From Diadema antillarum (Eukaryota), in assembly GCF_040938485.1 (NCBI RefSeq), contig NW_027271750.1, positions 1 to 64,000 on the forward strand: 64,000 nucleotides of DNA, written 5' to 3'. The notes beneath the pieces were generated by a model. That model had not been told where the DNA came from, did not search any database, and saw only the letters and a program-made list of their open reading frames with translations. Position numbers and translations under genes: made by a program. Shown here one piece after another: positions 51,103 through 63,825 of this stretch (within the stretch, counting starts at the first letter, position 1; each line of letters starts with the position of its first letter).

Positions 51103-52250
51103 ATATTGACGCCCTTAACGCCGAAAACTAGTATAATTTAAGGTGGTTTTGGTCTTTGTAAAGGTGGCGGTTTCGTCGCAGGGTCCAGTTGGCAAAGGGT
51201 CTGGAAACCAGACTATACCAAATTGCAATCGGCGCGCTCCCAATGATAGTCATTTGTTACGACAAAATATTGAAAGGTTTGAATTAAAAGCCCGGGCTGA
51301 GCCCGGCACTGTAAATGGACAAAACTGCGGGGCTGAGTACCGCAATTGAGGCCGCGCTCGGCCGCGGCTCGGCCCAGCCCTGCACTGTAAACGGGGTCCC
51401 AGACATCTAGGGCCTGGTTGTCTTGTAATGAGGTTATTTGTGCTTCATTGCTTTGCAGTTGTTTTTACATTGTGTGTTGATGTGGCCATTATGGGTTTCT
51501 CTGTATGCAATATCGATCTTCTTTGTGTGTATGGATACAAGTGTGGCTACAGACTGTATATCCCGTGACTCGGGCCATGGCTATGGCTGTGGCTAGATGG
51601 TAATTTAAGACACGCGCATGTGGTTGTATGCACTGCCTTTGATATCCGGTAAATAATCTATGAGTAAACATACCTCCTAGTCCTGCTAAGCAAAGTGTGA
51701 TTATTGCTGGCCATTCGTCGCCATGGATACTGGTTCTAAAAGAAAAAATCACCTGGCCTAAGACTCCAGAGTTTAAATGCGTATGTGCATGTGGTCCAAC
51801 CAAAGCTGTAACATTATCATAAAGATCAAGACCAAGCCGCCCATAATCTGATCATAATGCCGTCCAAAATTCAAATTTTGGATGGTGTTTACTGTTATGG
51901 ACGAAATGGGTGGCTTGCTCTAGGCCTACAGTGCATAATATAAGAAAAAAAAAAGAGTAATCCAACTTTAGAGGGCTTTTGTTTCATAATTATCAACTAC
52001 GGTATGGAGATTGCAATGTTGATTGTAAGGAAAGGAGAACTATTGTCCTTTCCATCAGTACCTGCTTGCGCTGATAAATGGCAGGCATGACTGAGCACAT
52101 TAACTTTAAAGACAACAATGACAAGTTGCACTTTTTCTAAGTCTCACTGGAATGGATGAGATCTGTCAATGAATGTGGTCAAATAAAACAGGCCAACCTG
52201 CATGACTGCAGGTTTGTGTTTAGGGTTTCCTCTTTCCTTTTAAAAAGGTG

Positions 52251-52612
52251 TTGGAAAAAGTTCAAACTAGAGGCAAGAGCCACAAAACTCCTCCCAAACA
52301 TTCAACATCTGCCATAGTGACTAGCAGAACTGAAACTTGTAACTACTCTGGAGAAAAGAAGAGAGAGACAAGGCTTCCTTCAAACTTGCAGGATAATGAA
52401 ACAATTTGATATATGCAAACCAGAGAACTACTTCGAGAATGCCAGAATTGATAGAAGAGGAGGTCATTCACAAAGCTAACCAATACAAGAAACTGCCTTG
52501 ACATTCTAAAAGGAAGAACTTATAGCCAGAGAGTTGTCAGTGGCCGGAACAAACTAACCACAGATGGCTATTGATGCCCCCACACTCCTATGCTTCAAAA
52601 GACAATTATCTA
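52251..52612 (+). mobile_element. Degraded CR1-type LINE 3' fragment
   Basis: Broken-frame LEKVQ..RATKLLPNIQHLP, LEKRRER, YSQRVV..NKL and IDAPTLLCFKRQL, matching the CR1 ORF2 C-terminal pattern. Confidence 0.65.
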
Positions 52613-53985
52613 AACTTGGTTTATAAATGAGTCCCATTGGACTCTCCTTCTCTCCCACCATACTATTTACAGTGATGTACTTTCATCACTATAAAAGCAA
52701 GGTGTGGCCTTCAGGGAAAATTCTAGGTACGGTAAATTTCATAGTTCAAAACCTGCAACATGGCCACCTGTGCAAAAACTTGGTCCCTTCCACAAAGGCC
52801 AACCCACACAATCCATTTTCTCTGTTCATATTCAAGACATTGTTTTGTGTTGAATATGAACAGAGAAAAATAGACTCAAAATAAGATGTAATCAAACATG
52901 TGAAAAACACATACAAATGTATATGCAAAACTTGAGATACATTAAACCATTTAGAAAATTTGTGCACAAAACATGATTCAAAACATTGGGTGTACAGTAA
53001 GCAGCACAATGGGAATTAAGTCACCAAATATTGCCTCCCTGTCCCCAGATGTTTAGCACACAACACAGGCAGCAAAGTGCCAACAGTTAGTTCCTTTCAT
53101 AACTTTCATACACACACAGTCTGCCTTCATACCTTTCTTGGCTCTCACCCCACCTGTCCTCAATTCCGAGATACATGCAAATGAATGCATCCATACCTTG
53201 TTTGAGTTGCTACTTGGTATGTATTGCTTCTTCCATTGTCTTACAGTGTGGGGAAATTTCTTTCATCTATAAAAGTGCTCTTGTGTAAGCAATCTGTGGT
53301 TGGCATAATCGAATTAAGTACTGTCGGTATCCCCTGTGTGCAATATGATTTTTTTTTCCTTTTTGGATACTGTCAAACACCCTAATACATGGGCTAACCA
53401 GATGGGGTGTACTAATGTTGATGATGAAGAGAAATTTATTGCTTTGTTAATTGATTTTGTCATGTAAGGTGAATAATCCAAGATTTTAGTGAATTGTTGT
53501 TGTTGTTGTTGTTTGCTTTTTTCTTCTTCCTCATAAACTTTTTCTCAATGCCAAAAATTGGTATGTCCCTCATTCACAAGAGAGGAAAGGTTGTATTCTG
53601 CAAAATAATTGCACAATGTGTCGAATAATATTTCTCCAAGGCAAATGAGAATAAAATAATCCCATGTCAAGGTACAGCTTAGATAGCACCAGAGAGTACA
53701 CCTTAGACCGACCCTGGCCGCAAGGACAAGCCCCCCCCCCCCCCCCCTTCCCCCCATGATATTCTCACATTCAGAGCTTGCAACATGCTCAAATTTCATG
53801 TTGTGGACCACCCTGAATGATTTATAATAGATATACAGCTTCACTTGTCTTTTTTTGTGTGTGTGTGTGTGTGTGTGTTAATTGAGTTTACTGTACTGTA
53901 CTTCATCTACAGGTGCCAGATGACAGTGCATCACAGCTCAGCGTAGGCAGCTAGGACTCTATGCACCCGAGGAACAAAGACAATC

Positions 53986-55728
53986 ATGGCTGCCATAGTT
54001 CATAGTGCAAGTTGTGCTAGTCAGCAGGAGTATGTTTTCTATGAGGCAAAACATCCTGCAAAGGTCTTTGGCCTCTTGAATGACATGCGGAAGACAGGCA
54101 GCATGACTGACATTACCGTCCAAGTGGAGAACAGTAACTTCACCTGCCATCGAGCCATCCTTGCATGTAGCAGCCCCTACTTTTATGCAATGTTCAGCAA
54201 CGACTTCCTGGAAAAAGTCAAAGGGGTTGTGACCCTGGAGGGCATGGGTGCTGAGGTGGTGGACAAGATTATTGAGTTTTCCTACACATCCCAGTTGACA
54301 ATCAACACATCAAACGCTCAGGAGCTGTTGGAGGCAGCCTGCCATCTTCAGTACCAGAGCATTGTGGATGCATGCTGCAAATTCCTCAAGCGGCACCTGA
54401 ATCCTTCCACGTGTCTGGGCATCAAACATCTGGCCGAGACTTATTCCTGCCAAGATCTACTGGATGCTGCCTCCAGGTATTGCAAGGAGAACTTTGTGAC
54501 TGTCAGTGAGCAGGAGGATTTCCTCAGGCTTTCCACAGAGGAATTGGTAGACTATGTCTCCTCTGACGACCTGAATGTGGAGAAGGAAGAGGTCATCTTG
54601 AAAGCATGCATGGCCTGGTGTGCTTTTAGCCATGACAGAGCTGAGCAGTTTCACCAGGTGCTAGGGAATGTCCGCCTCGTGTACATCAAGCCCAACGTCC
54701 TCCTTAGCCACCTGTCCAATCCCATCATCGGGGACCACAGCAAAAGTGCAAAGCACATTCTTGCAGCCATATCCATGCAGCAGCAGTACCAGTGTAAGTC
54801 AAACCTTGAAGGCCTCAGCCCTATGCCTCGTCCGTCAACCTATGCGGAGGTGATGGTGGTGGTGAGTGGTTATGGCAAGAACTACTCTAGCATAAGAGAC
54901 GTTGTGTACTATTCGCCTGATTCAGATAAGTGGGCTAATCTTGCCCAGCTCCCTCATAGCATCAGCAATTTTGCTGTATCAGTGTTAGAGGACAAGATCT
55001 ATGTGACTGGAGGGAAGGTTAATCGAACAATTACAAGTGCTTGCTGGATCTTAGACCCGAGTACTAACACATGGACCAAGGGAGCAGATTTGAATGGCGC
55101 TCGGCAGCTGCATGGTGCCACTACAACAAAAGCCGGAAAGATGTATGTCATAGGAGGAGAAAATGAAAATGGCATGGACTGGGCAGTGGAGCAATATGTC
55201 AGGTCACAGGACAAATGGACAGTTGTCACTTCTCTGCAACAAGCAGTTGCAGATCCTGCTGTGGTGTCCATCAAGGAAAAGGTCTACGTGGTTGGGGGAA
55301 GCACAGAAATGCACATGGCCTATGAGCACATCCAGTGCTACAACACGACTCTCAACAGCTGGCGCATACTGACTCGCATCTCCATCCCGAGCTGCCACTT
55401 CCCTGCTGTAGCGCACGGGAACAAGATCTACCTGATGAGTGGCTTCGGCAGGCAAGGCATCAAGGTGTATGATGTGGAGCACAATGCGATTCTTCAGCCT
55501 GTGCCTATGTGTAACACAGAGAGACATCTCTTTGCAGCTTCATCGGTGCAAGGTAAGGTTGTTGTGTCAGGTGGGATGGATAACTACCAATCGCTTTCTT
55601 CAACCGAGATCTACGATCCATCCACCAATGAATGGACAACTGGGTCCCCCATGCCGAAGGCACTCCGAGCTCACAACTGTGGTCTGGCGTGTAAGTTGTA
55701 TCTAGGACCACCATTTGATAATGACTGA
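53986..55728 (+). CDS. Kelch-like BTB-BACK-Kelch protein (580 aa, single coding exon)
   Basis: BTB (TDITVQV..FTCHRAILACSSPYFYAMF), BACK, and Kelch repeats with GG and Y/W motifs. A splice acceptor at 53911-53912 implies an upstream 5' UTR exon. Confidence 0.95.
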   Translation: MAAIVHSASCASQQEYVFYEAKHPAKVFGLLNDMRKTGSMTDITVQVENSNFTCHRAILACSSPYFYAMFSNDFLEKVKGVVTLEGMGAEVVDKIIEFSYTSQLTINTSNAQELLEAACHLQYQSIVDACCKFLKRHLNPSTCLGIKHLAETYSCQDLLDAASRYCKENFVTVSEQEDFLRLSTEELVDYVSSDDLNVEKEEVILKACMAWCAFSHDRAEQFHQVLGNVRLVYIKPNVLLSHLSNPIIGDHSKSAKHILAAISMQQQYQCKSNLEGLSPMPRPSTYAEVMVVVSGYGKNYSSIRDVVYYSPDSDKWANLAQLPHSISNFAVSVLEDKIYVTGGKVNRTITSACWILDPSTNTWTKGADLNGARQLHGATTTKAGKMYVIGGENENGMDWAVEQYVRSQDKWTVVTSLQQAVADPAVVSIKEKVYVVGGSTEMHMAYEHIQCYNTTLNSWRILTRISIPSCHFPAVAHGNKIYLMSGFGRQGIKVYDVEHNAILQPVPMCNTERHLFAASSVQGKVVVSGGMDNYQSLSSTEIYDPSTNEWTTGSPMPKALRAHNCGLACKLYLGPPFDND

Positions 55729-57430
55729 CCTTTTTTAGGCATTGTCAGAAGTAAACTACTTCTAGATAGAATTATGGGAACTCGTAGTCTTCTTGAAATG
55801 ACAATATGTACGCACAACTTTGCTTGACTTCTCTTGAAATTTATGTGACTTGAATGCACCATTTTACTGTGTGTGACAAGTGATTTGATGGTGCTGCTGC
55901 TATTTGCCTTGGTAGAGAAATGAGAATTTAGGATGCCACTGTATTCAGCCATGCACTGGAGCTCCATGTAGCATTTACCAAGGTATTCTGTCATACAGTA
56001 CAAGTGTGCATGGGTATTTTTGAATTTCTCTGGCACCCAAGCTGCTGCCATATATTCCAGTGTACAAAAGAAATGAGAGTTGTGGATGCTGTATTGTGTA
56101 CTTATTCCTGGGAGATATTTATGGAGGATCTTGGTGATTTTATTATCATCTGTGACTCCCAGAGTGCATTCAATAGTGTTTTACATGCACAGTCTAGATA
56201 ATATCTCCCCACATCTTGTTCTCCGCACATTTGTCATAATGCAGAATTTTCCTTGTTTTGTTTTGCATCAAGTGTCTGCCTTTTGGCCCTCCCTCAAAAT
56301 AAAAGGGGGAATTGATAGTTGCCAGCATTCTAGCATGACTTGATTTGAGGGGTTTTCCTTTAATTACTTGGTGACATGATCTTTACCTTTTCACATATTT
56401 GTTTAAACTTTAGTTGATTTTAATCTGCACAGGGTATTGGTGTAAAGGGAGAACTACAATTCAAGGTTTATGTGACAGAATACAGTGTATGACACTGTAT
56501 TATGCTAGCAGGGTGAATCACATAAATGAAATGATAACACCACTCTTACAGCATAATACAGTGTATTCAATTGCCAGGAAAGTCTAGCTATCTAGAGTGT
56601 GTGGAAGTGAGCTATTATAGTACATGTACTTGTATATGTCTCATGCTACAGTGCACAAGCGTACAACAAACATACGTGTACAAGCATACATTGTATGTTT
56701 AGTTCAATTGCCTTTCATGTGATGTTTTGTGATATGTGTTAGGAGCCTATTAAAATGTGGTACCTGTATTACATGTATGAATCCAAGGGATATTTACCAC
56801 TACTGGTATGCTGTACAGGGATCTAAGCTGGCCATAGGGTAACCATGCATGCATTACAAAAAGACCAAACAGCTGAAGAAAAAAACAAACACCTTGCTTC
56901 TTGTAGATGAATGACATTCTTTTCATAGATATTTTTATTCATGAGAGTATTTAGAAGTTGCATTAAGTACTACATTATTTAAAAGTAGGGGCAGTGTGCA
57001 AAATTTAGATCTTGTTTATTTTCTTTTCTTTTTTTGTGCATAGATTTAGAAAAGTTCTATTGGAAGCTCTTGTAAATATGTGGTGTCACAATCATTACGT
57101 ACCTTTGTCAAGCATCAGGTTCCTTAAACCTCATCAGCTTTTTTTTCATTGTAGAGTTTTGCTCAGACTCGTAAAAATGTGGATGAATGAATGCGTGGAA
57201 TAATTGAGAGCATACCCATAATAGGAGTAAAATTAAGGCTGCAATTCAAATTGCAGGACATGTCTTAGATGTGAGTACAGTGGGAAAGCATGCTTCAGAG
57301 CATAATTTTAAAAATGAAAAAAATTAGCTGAAGGAATAAGATGTCCATCATCCGAATTCGAAGACCTCATCTATGCAGCACACAATTAAAGAAGCACAGG
57401 ACCATCTTACACTGCTCTCTGACACGCTCT

Positions 57431-57524
57431 TTAACCTGTTGAGGACGGGCTGATTTTGCCACAACACGCCTTTTTTCACAGGCACCTGCCAATTATACTC
57501 GGGGACTCATCCTCAACAGGGTAA
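57431..57524. mobile_element. Miniature piggyBac-like MITE
   Basis: TTAA-CCTGTTGAGGACG ... CATCCTCAACAGG-GTAA; the right TSD has one mismatch. Confidence 0.55.
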
Positions 57525-59394
57525 AACTTGAAAGACACAGTCCCTAGGCTGTTCAGGCAATAGATGCCAATCCGTGTGTACCACGCTATTATTTGTGGTC
57601 CAAGGCAGCAATGTCTTATGGAATGATGTTCTTTTTTTTTTTTTTTTTTTGTTTATAGCATCTCCCTATAATGTACATTGTACTCTTTCTCTCTTGACAA
57701 GCCTCACCAGCACCCCCTTTCCCTCATTATGATAATGGGATTTATATATTACATCTTGCAATAGATCTGATCTACTGAAGTTATTTGAATATGGACAGTA
57801 ATTAGCAAAACAGTCTCATCAACACTTGTGCTTTTGTATCAATTTGCAAAGTCCCCCTCTAGAATGTGTACAATTACTGTAGTCCAAAAACTACATTTTG
57901 CTGACAATGAACTTTGGTCTGATTTACGATGAGATCAAAACCGCTTGTTTAATCACAAAAATATCTGTAACGCCATTTGCACAGATTCCAAATGATGTTG
58001 GTCAGGTATAATGTCAAAAGCTATCTCCATAATTGTCTCTGCAATCATCAGTAGAAGACCTTGCACTGTATGACTAACAAAATACAGTTTACCAGTCTGT
58101 AATGATAAAAGTACAAAAGAATGATGGTTTCATTTCATGTCCTTCTGACAGTATGGCAGGGTAGGCCCATTACCAACTCTAACCCATTTGGTAAATGCCT
58201 CTTTATAATCCTTTTTTTTTGTGTGTGGATATAGTGAAGATGGAGTCTGATTCTCACATCTCTCACTACGTTGTTTTCTCTTATGGTACAAAATGGACCT
58301 TTGTTACTCCTAACCATTTCTTTTAAGTGTCTTTCAAAGTGTCATTCAAAGAGGGTATTTGTAACATTCAGTGTAAAGCTCCTGATTTCACACATGGTGT
58401 TACCATGGTTGGTAGAAAGTAGACTGTTAGTTCTTGAGTCCACTACACATTCACATCTGTATGAACTCTTTATGCTTAGGGTCAGTTTCATCTCTGAGAT
58501 CACTTACAAAGAAATACAGCTGTAATAGTACAAAGTTGTAAGCACTGGTCTGACAATGCAACAGGGCAAATGCGGGGTGTGTCTTAAAAGTGTCAAAATC
58601 TAAATCGTACTAGCCAATTGCCTAATTTCTTCAGGATGGAATACAATTTTAATCTGGCCATACCTGATAGCAGATCATTGAGATGAGATGTGATGGTGAT
58701 GAGAAAATTGGTGTTGAAGTTTTCCATAGTTGATGAAGCCCTCATTTTGACATTTTGCACTGCTTTAGTCACATCTTTGTTTAGTATATTAAAGAATATC
58801 CCTAACATCGATGGAGGAGTCTCAAATGAAATCCAATAACTCTACGGGGTATTCATGAATCAATGATGTTTGGTTGAGGTTTCCCTGTTTTGCAAACTAT
58901 GCACCTTGTTTACAGAGTTGTAATTTCACTATTTGTTGTAGACCAGGGTTTTCAGTAGCTTTTGTACGGTATTGTGTGGATTTTTTTTTCATGCTTGAAG
59001 TATTCTTCTCTCACATTTGAGTACAAAGAATTACTACATGTATTTAGAGCAAGTTTGCAGTGTGTCCTTACTTTATTGAGGTCTGGCAGCCAACTGATGA
59101 TCTGGCTTGTATATGTACTGACAGGCCTGTACATTTGATAGACATACATTTTATAGTGATTGACATATGATCTTATTTCTAATTAACCGAAGGTCATCTA
59201 AGACTGCCTGCCAGGACTACCTGATCTTACCTGTGTATGCCTCACTAGCTCACTTTATTGCTTTTGGTCGCCAGTCTGGTCTGGCCTGGCTGTCAGTCAA
59301 GACACTGCAATGCTTGAAATATTCTTTGTTACTTTTCATTCATTTGTGGAATGGCTTGAGGCTTTCTGTTCCAATTTCAATTTCAGCAAGCCTG

Positions 59395-59541
59395 GTCGTC
59401 TTCTTTGCTCTGAAAACTAAGGCAACAAGCTCATGTATCCTTCCACTGACTTTCAAATTTCTCTTATGGAGAAAGTCTTTCAAAATTGCTCAAGCTCCAC
59501 AACTTGATTTTGTTGATAGACAACTCCTCTTCTTCAGCCAT
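59395..59541 (-). pseudogene. Decayed SAP-domain-like ORF start
   Basis: MAEEEELSINKIKLWSLSN/LKDFLHKRNLKVSGRIHELVALVFRAK after removing one T (top A4 at 59482-59485). Resembles the SAP consensus LKxxLxxRxLxxSGxKxELV; the downstream sequence is stop-riddled. Confidence 0.5.
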
Positions 59542-59790
59542 TAAAATGGATAAAACACCCTAAACTCAATATTGATAAATGGTAAAATTGCTTATTTCTA
59601 TACTATCAATTATCAGTGGTGCAGCGTCGAAGACCAGAGTAACATAAAGCTTTATGTGTGGGTGCGTGTTTACAACGTACAGGAGCAAGTGAGTGAAAGA
59701 GAGCTTGAACAGCAAGCTGAATTTTGGTCACTATGACCCAGTGTCCTGTGATATCACACAACTGATGGCTTCACCCATCAATTATAAATT

Positions 59791-60192
59791 ACAAACTCAC
59801 TTAAGTCGTAGGTGCCCATACGCCTTTTCATCAATGATGGCGTCACTCGTTTTGCTTTCAGGACTGCCCTGAAATTGCTTGCTGTCAGTCTACCCTTTCG
59901 AAGTTGATGCCATACAGGATTGTTTTGTTGGCCTTTTTGTTGCTTCTTCCATGGCACTCTGCTGTTCCTTGGTGAGTCTTAATTTCTCTAGAAGATTTAT
60001 GTCCAAGTTCTTGCTCAGGAATGGTGGTGAGAGAATCAGTTCCTCAACGGATGGCACTTGGAGTTGTTGATGAAGTGGTTCAGGGGAGAGCAGCCAGTAC
60101 ATCCCTTTAGATTGGCCACACAACTTGAACTGATCAGGTAGCCAGCTGTGATCCTCGTCCGTAACGGTCCTTGAGAGTGGATCATGTAGTCG
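59791..60192 (-). pseudogene. Decayed YqaJ/lambda-exonuclease-like ORF fragment
   Basis: GMYWLLSPEP...EEATK/GQQNNPVWHQLRKGRLTASNFRAVLKAKRVTPSLMKR after one +1 correction. GQ..N..W...R..RLTASxF is the YqaJ N-terminal motif. The nuclease core is absent. Confidence 0.65.
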
Positions 60193-62137
60193 TTTGGTCT
60201 TTCTGGCAGTCACATCCTTTGTCTTGTAGGTCATTCATCAGCCACTTGAACATAGAGTCAAAATCTCTTGTGTGTGACCTTAACACAACATGCTTGACGT
60301 TTTTCCTATCTGATGACTCACCGCTGTAGCAAAGTTGTGGAGACCAAGACTGTGCGAAACCTCGCACTTCAGTAGTGGCTATTGCTGTGTACCTCCAAAA
60401 TTTTGGAAAGCAGTGTGAATCTGCTCCTGCTCCCGGTCCTCCCTCTGGCCTCTGCGACCGTAATTGTTTCTGGGTTCAGAAATTCCTCCAAATTTCTCGA
60501 CTTTTGTGACGAACTGTATAACTGATCAGTGGAAATACTGGGGGACGATTGTTCCAGTCCTTGTGGGATTCATTTAAGAGTACGTTATATATCTATTGTT
60601 GTGTGAAAATTATTTGCTTCAGAATGGTCTCATATTCAAGTAATGTGCAGTTTAATGTTTCCAGGTTAGCATGCCTGGTCAGTGACGGGGCATTGAGCTG
60701 CACATTACTTGAATATGAGACCGTTCTGAAGCAAATAATTTTCACACAACAATAGATAATGTACTCTTAAATGAATCCCACAAGGATTGGAACAGTCATC
60801 CTCCAGCATTCCCACTGATCAGTTACTAGTGTTGTGAAATGGCCAATATTGCCTACTCACCTCTTGTCTTGGCTTGTAGATATCAGCCCGGTTGGCGATT
60901 TGGCGGTCAGTGTCTGAGATGGGGGGTCGTCTCTCTGTCTCAGTGTCAGTCGGTCTGCTTAGTAGATCCGTCCGGGCGTCCCTTGACACCTCGGGGTCGT
61001 TCATCCGTGTCGTCTATACGGGCACGTACGTGCACCCGCACATGGGGATACATAATCATATATTATATTTCACTACATACCCCCCGGCCAACAAAGCTAA
61101 GGCCAACTTTTCCCAGCTCTAAAACCCTGCTGTTTTCTTTAAAAATATCCTCCACCAACTTATTCAATATAATCTCCAAAAAATTCCCATCAACTTTCCA
61201 CTTACTGATCAATTTGTGAGAAAACGTACCCACGTCATTTCGGAGAGATCCTTCCGTTCTTGATCTCCAATATCTCAACAATATCTTTTACTCGAAAATC
61301 TTTCAATATAACTACGTCATCATTCCGATTTCGTTATAAAGAAACCCACGTAAACATATATCCACATGAGTTCCCATAACACTCATTACAAATTTCAATT
61401 TTACCATTAATGTATTTAAACAATACCCAACCTAACCTGCATTTACATGCAATATAATTCTTAATTTCAAATTGCCGGGGTTATATAATATATATTCCCA
61501 GCGGCGTGCATCCGGAGCCAATAGCTTATCAGCAGTTGGGGCAACATCCAAAACTGTCACAAGTGACTTTCACTAATAACACATACTGTAACCAAATTCA
61601 TAATTCGATATCCCAACCGTAAAGGCTAACATTTTCCATATCTGCCCTTAGTCGTCTAGAGGGGCGTCCACAGGACCGACTGTGAAGTGACCTTCCACTT
61701 TGGAACGTATTCTCTGGACAGTCCGGCTCAGTACGTCGAGCAGACTTCTCAGCCTGAAAACAGACCTAGTCCCCTCAAATACATGAAAGGGCTTCCGGCT
61801 AAGCCCACACAAAGCCCACAACCCAGAGACCCTTGGGAGGTATGTTCTGAAAATTATATGGTGTCAGCCTAAGCCTCCAACCGACCATGACAGGTACCCG
61901 TGAAAATATTACCATCCCACCTCGGAAGGAAATATATAAACTACCTATTATTAACCATTAGCTGCAAAAAACAGCACAGTGAATAATCATTGTTTCTGAA
62001 AAGTAACTTTTCCCTTTCTTAACCTTATCCTACAAAAAGGGTAACTTTCCCTTTTTCTTATAACATTATCATTCTATTCAAATCTTACTCTACAATTTTC
62101 ACGGGTGATTTTCCCTTGAACATTACATTACAGACCA

Positions 62138-62850
62138 TTATAAACTAACGCTACTAATACCCGTACGACGCTGGGCATTGGCAGTTGTCACTGCCATCAG
62201 CCGGGCCAGAGGGAGACCCCGGATGTCGGCCACCAGTCTGCCCACATCACCCAGGAAGCATGGCATGTTGTAACGCATACCGGGGTGAGGGGCGAGGTGG
62301 GGCGCATCGGTTTCCAGCAGGAGACGGTCTAGGGGGATCTCCCTCACTGCCGTCCGCTGGGGATCTGGCAGGGACCGGACAAGCGCCGACACCCCAAAAT
62401 AGCAGTGGGGAAATCGGGCCGTCCAGGCCCTAACCTGGAGGCTATCTCCACTAAAAGAGTGGAGGTGGCTCCGTTGGTCCCCAGGGCAGCTTCGTTGGAT
62501 ATGGCGCCGGCTGATGGCATGGACGCCCGTCTGATCACCCACACCTCGGAGGTGGAGGATCAGGATCCTCCCTCTCGTGCCCAAATCAAGGAGGGCCCTA
62601 AGCAGGTTCTCCTGTTCTGGCCACTGCCGGGGGGGGCACAGTGAAGTCTAATCCGACTTCACTGGGCCCGATCACCCAGGGTTGAGTCAGATGGTGTAAG
62701 AGGGCCCGCCAATGTTGGTTGGTGAATGTGGGGGCCTTTTTGGGGTGGATCCCCAGGGCAAGCCTCCAGGCATTGCCCCCGTCCTGAGTCGCCACCACCC
62801 GGTCCACGAAGTCGGGGTCCAGGTAGGTCGCTGGGTCACAGGAATTGAGT
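62138..62850 (-). pseudogene. Intronless, 5'-truncated TatD-family nuclease fragment
   Basis: CDP, LGIHPK, EVGLDF, LHLRG, HLHSFSG, YFGVS, IPLDRLLLETDAPHL and TTANAQR. One frameshift in the G8 run at 62629-62636 and a probable 1-nt deletion near the C-terminus; the N-terminal HxH motif is missing. Confidence 0.85.
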
Positions 62851-63794
62851 ATATGACATGCTGCCATTCAATGCACAGTGCAGTCATAGTACTTACTCAG
62901 CAGAAATGAAGTGCAGTAATCCAAAAGTTACAAAATCAATTTGTTTGTTTGCTTTTATTCATCAATTGAAAACAAACGACCATTGACGGAAAATCCCTTC
63001 ATAAGCCAGGGACGCAATGGATATGCTGGGTCACCCAATATCAAGACTGGGACTTCCACTCCATCAATGTTTCTTGTCATCTGTGGTGGGTATACAAATG
63101 CAAAATATTCATAATATTTAAAAAAAAATACATTTGAAATTATGAAAGTTAAACAATAAATATATCATGTCTAAAAATATGCCAAGCATGTTTCTTCACT
63201 CCCATTATGATATTATCAGTGGATATAACCACATTAATATTCATCATAAATGGGCAAATTATAAATTAGTTTTGGTGTTTTTAATACATTCCCATTTTTG
63301 ATTCCATAGCCTTTTCCTGTGAATCATCACAGATCATAATGAATTCTTTATGTAGAACTACCCCCTCCCTAAAAAAAAATAATAAAAATAATAAAATAAA
63401 TAATTATGATAAAGCCAACAGATTGACTCATCAAAACTGCTAGTTTTTGTATTGCACAGTAGAGGTCTACATGTCTCTTTTCTTCTTAAAGCTCCCCAGC
63501 ATTTTCAGGAAAAATATATACTTTTACTTACATCTGGAAAGAGCTCCCCGCATTGACCCCTCTGGTACAGCGATGAGTTAGCAAGTATCCTGGCATTATG
63601 GCATTTTCCTGGCCATCCAATCAGTATGTCAGTGAACCTGATTATAAAAAAATATAAATATAAACTTTGTATTACCATCACATTGCTCTTTAGTCTTCGA
63701 ACTTTGGCTTACAAATTGGCATTTGATACAAGTCTTTACATAGGCGCATTGGGGGGGGGGGAGGGGCAGGGGCTTTTGGGGCCAGAGCGCTGCC

Positions 63795-63825
<31 letters not shown>

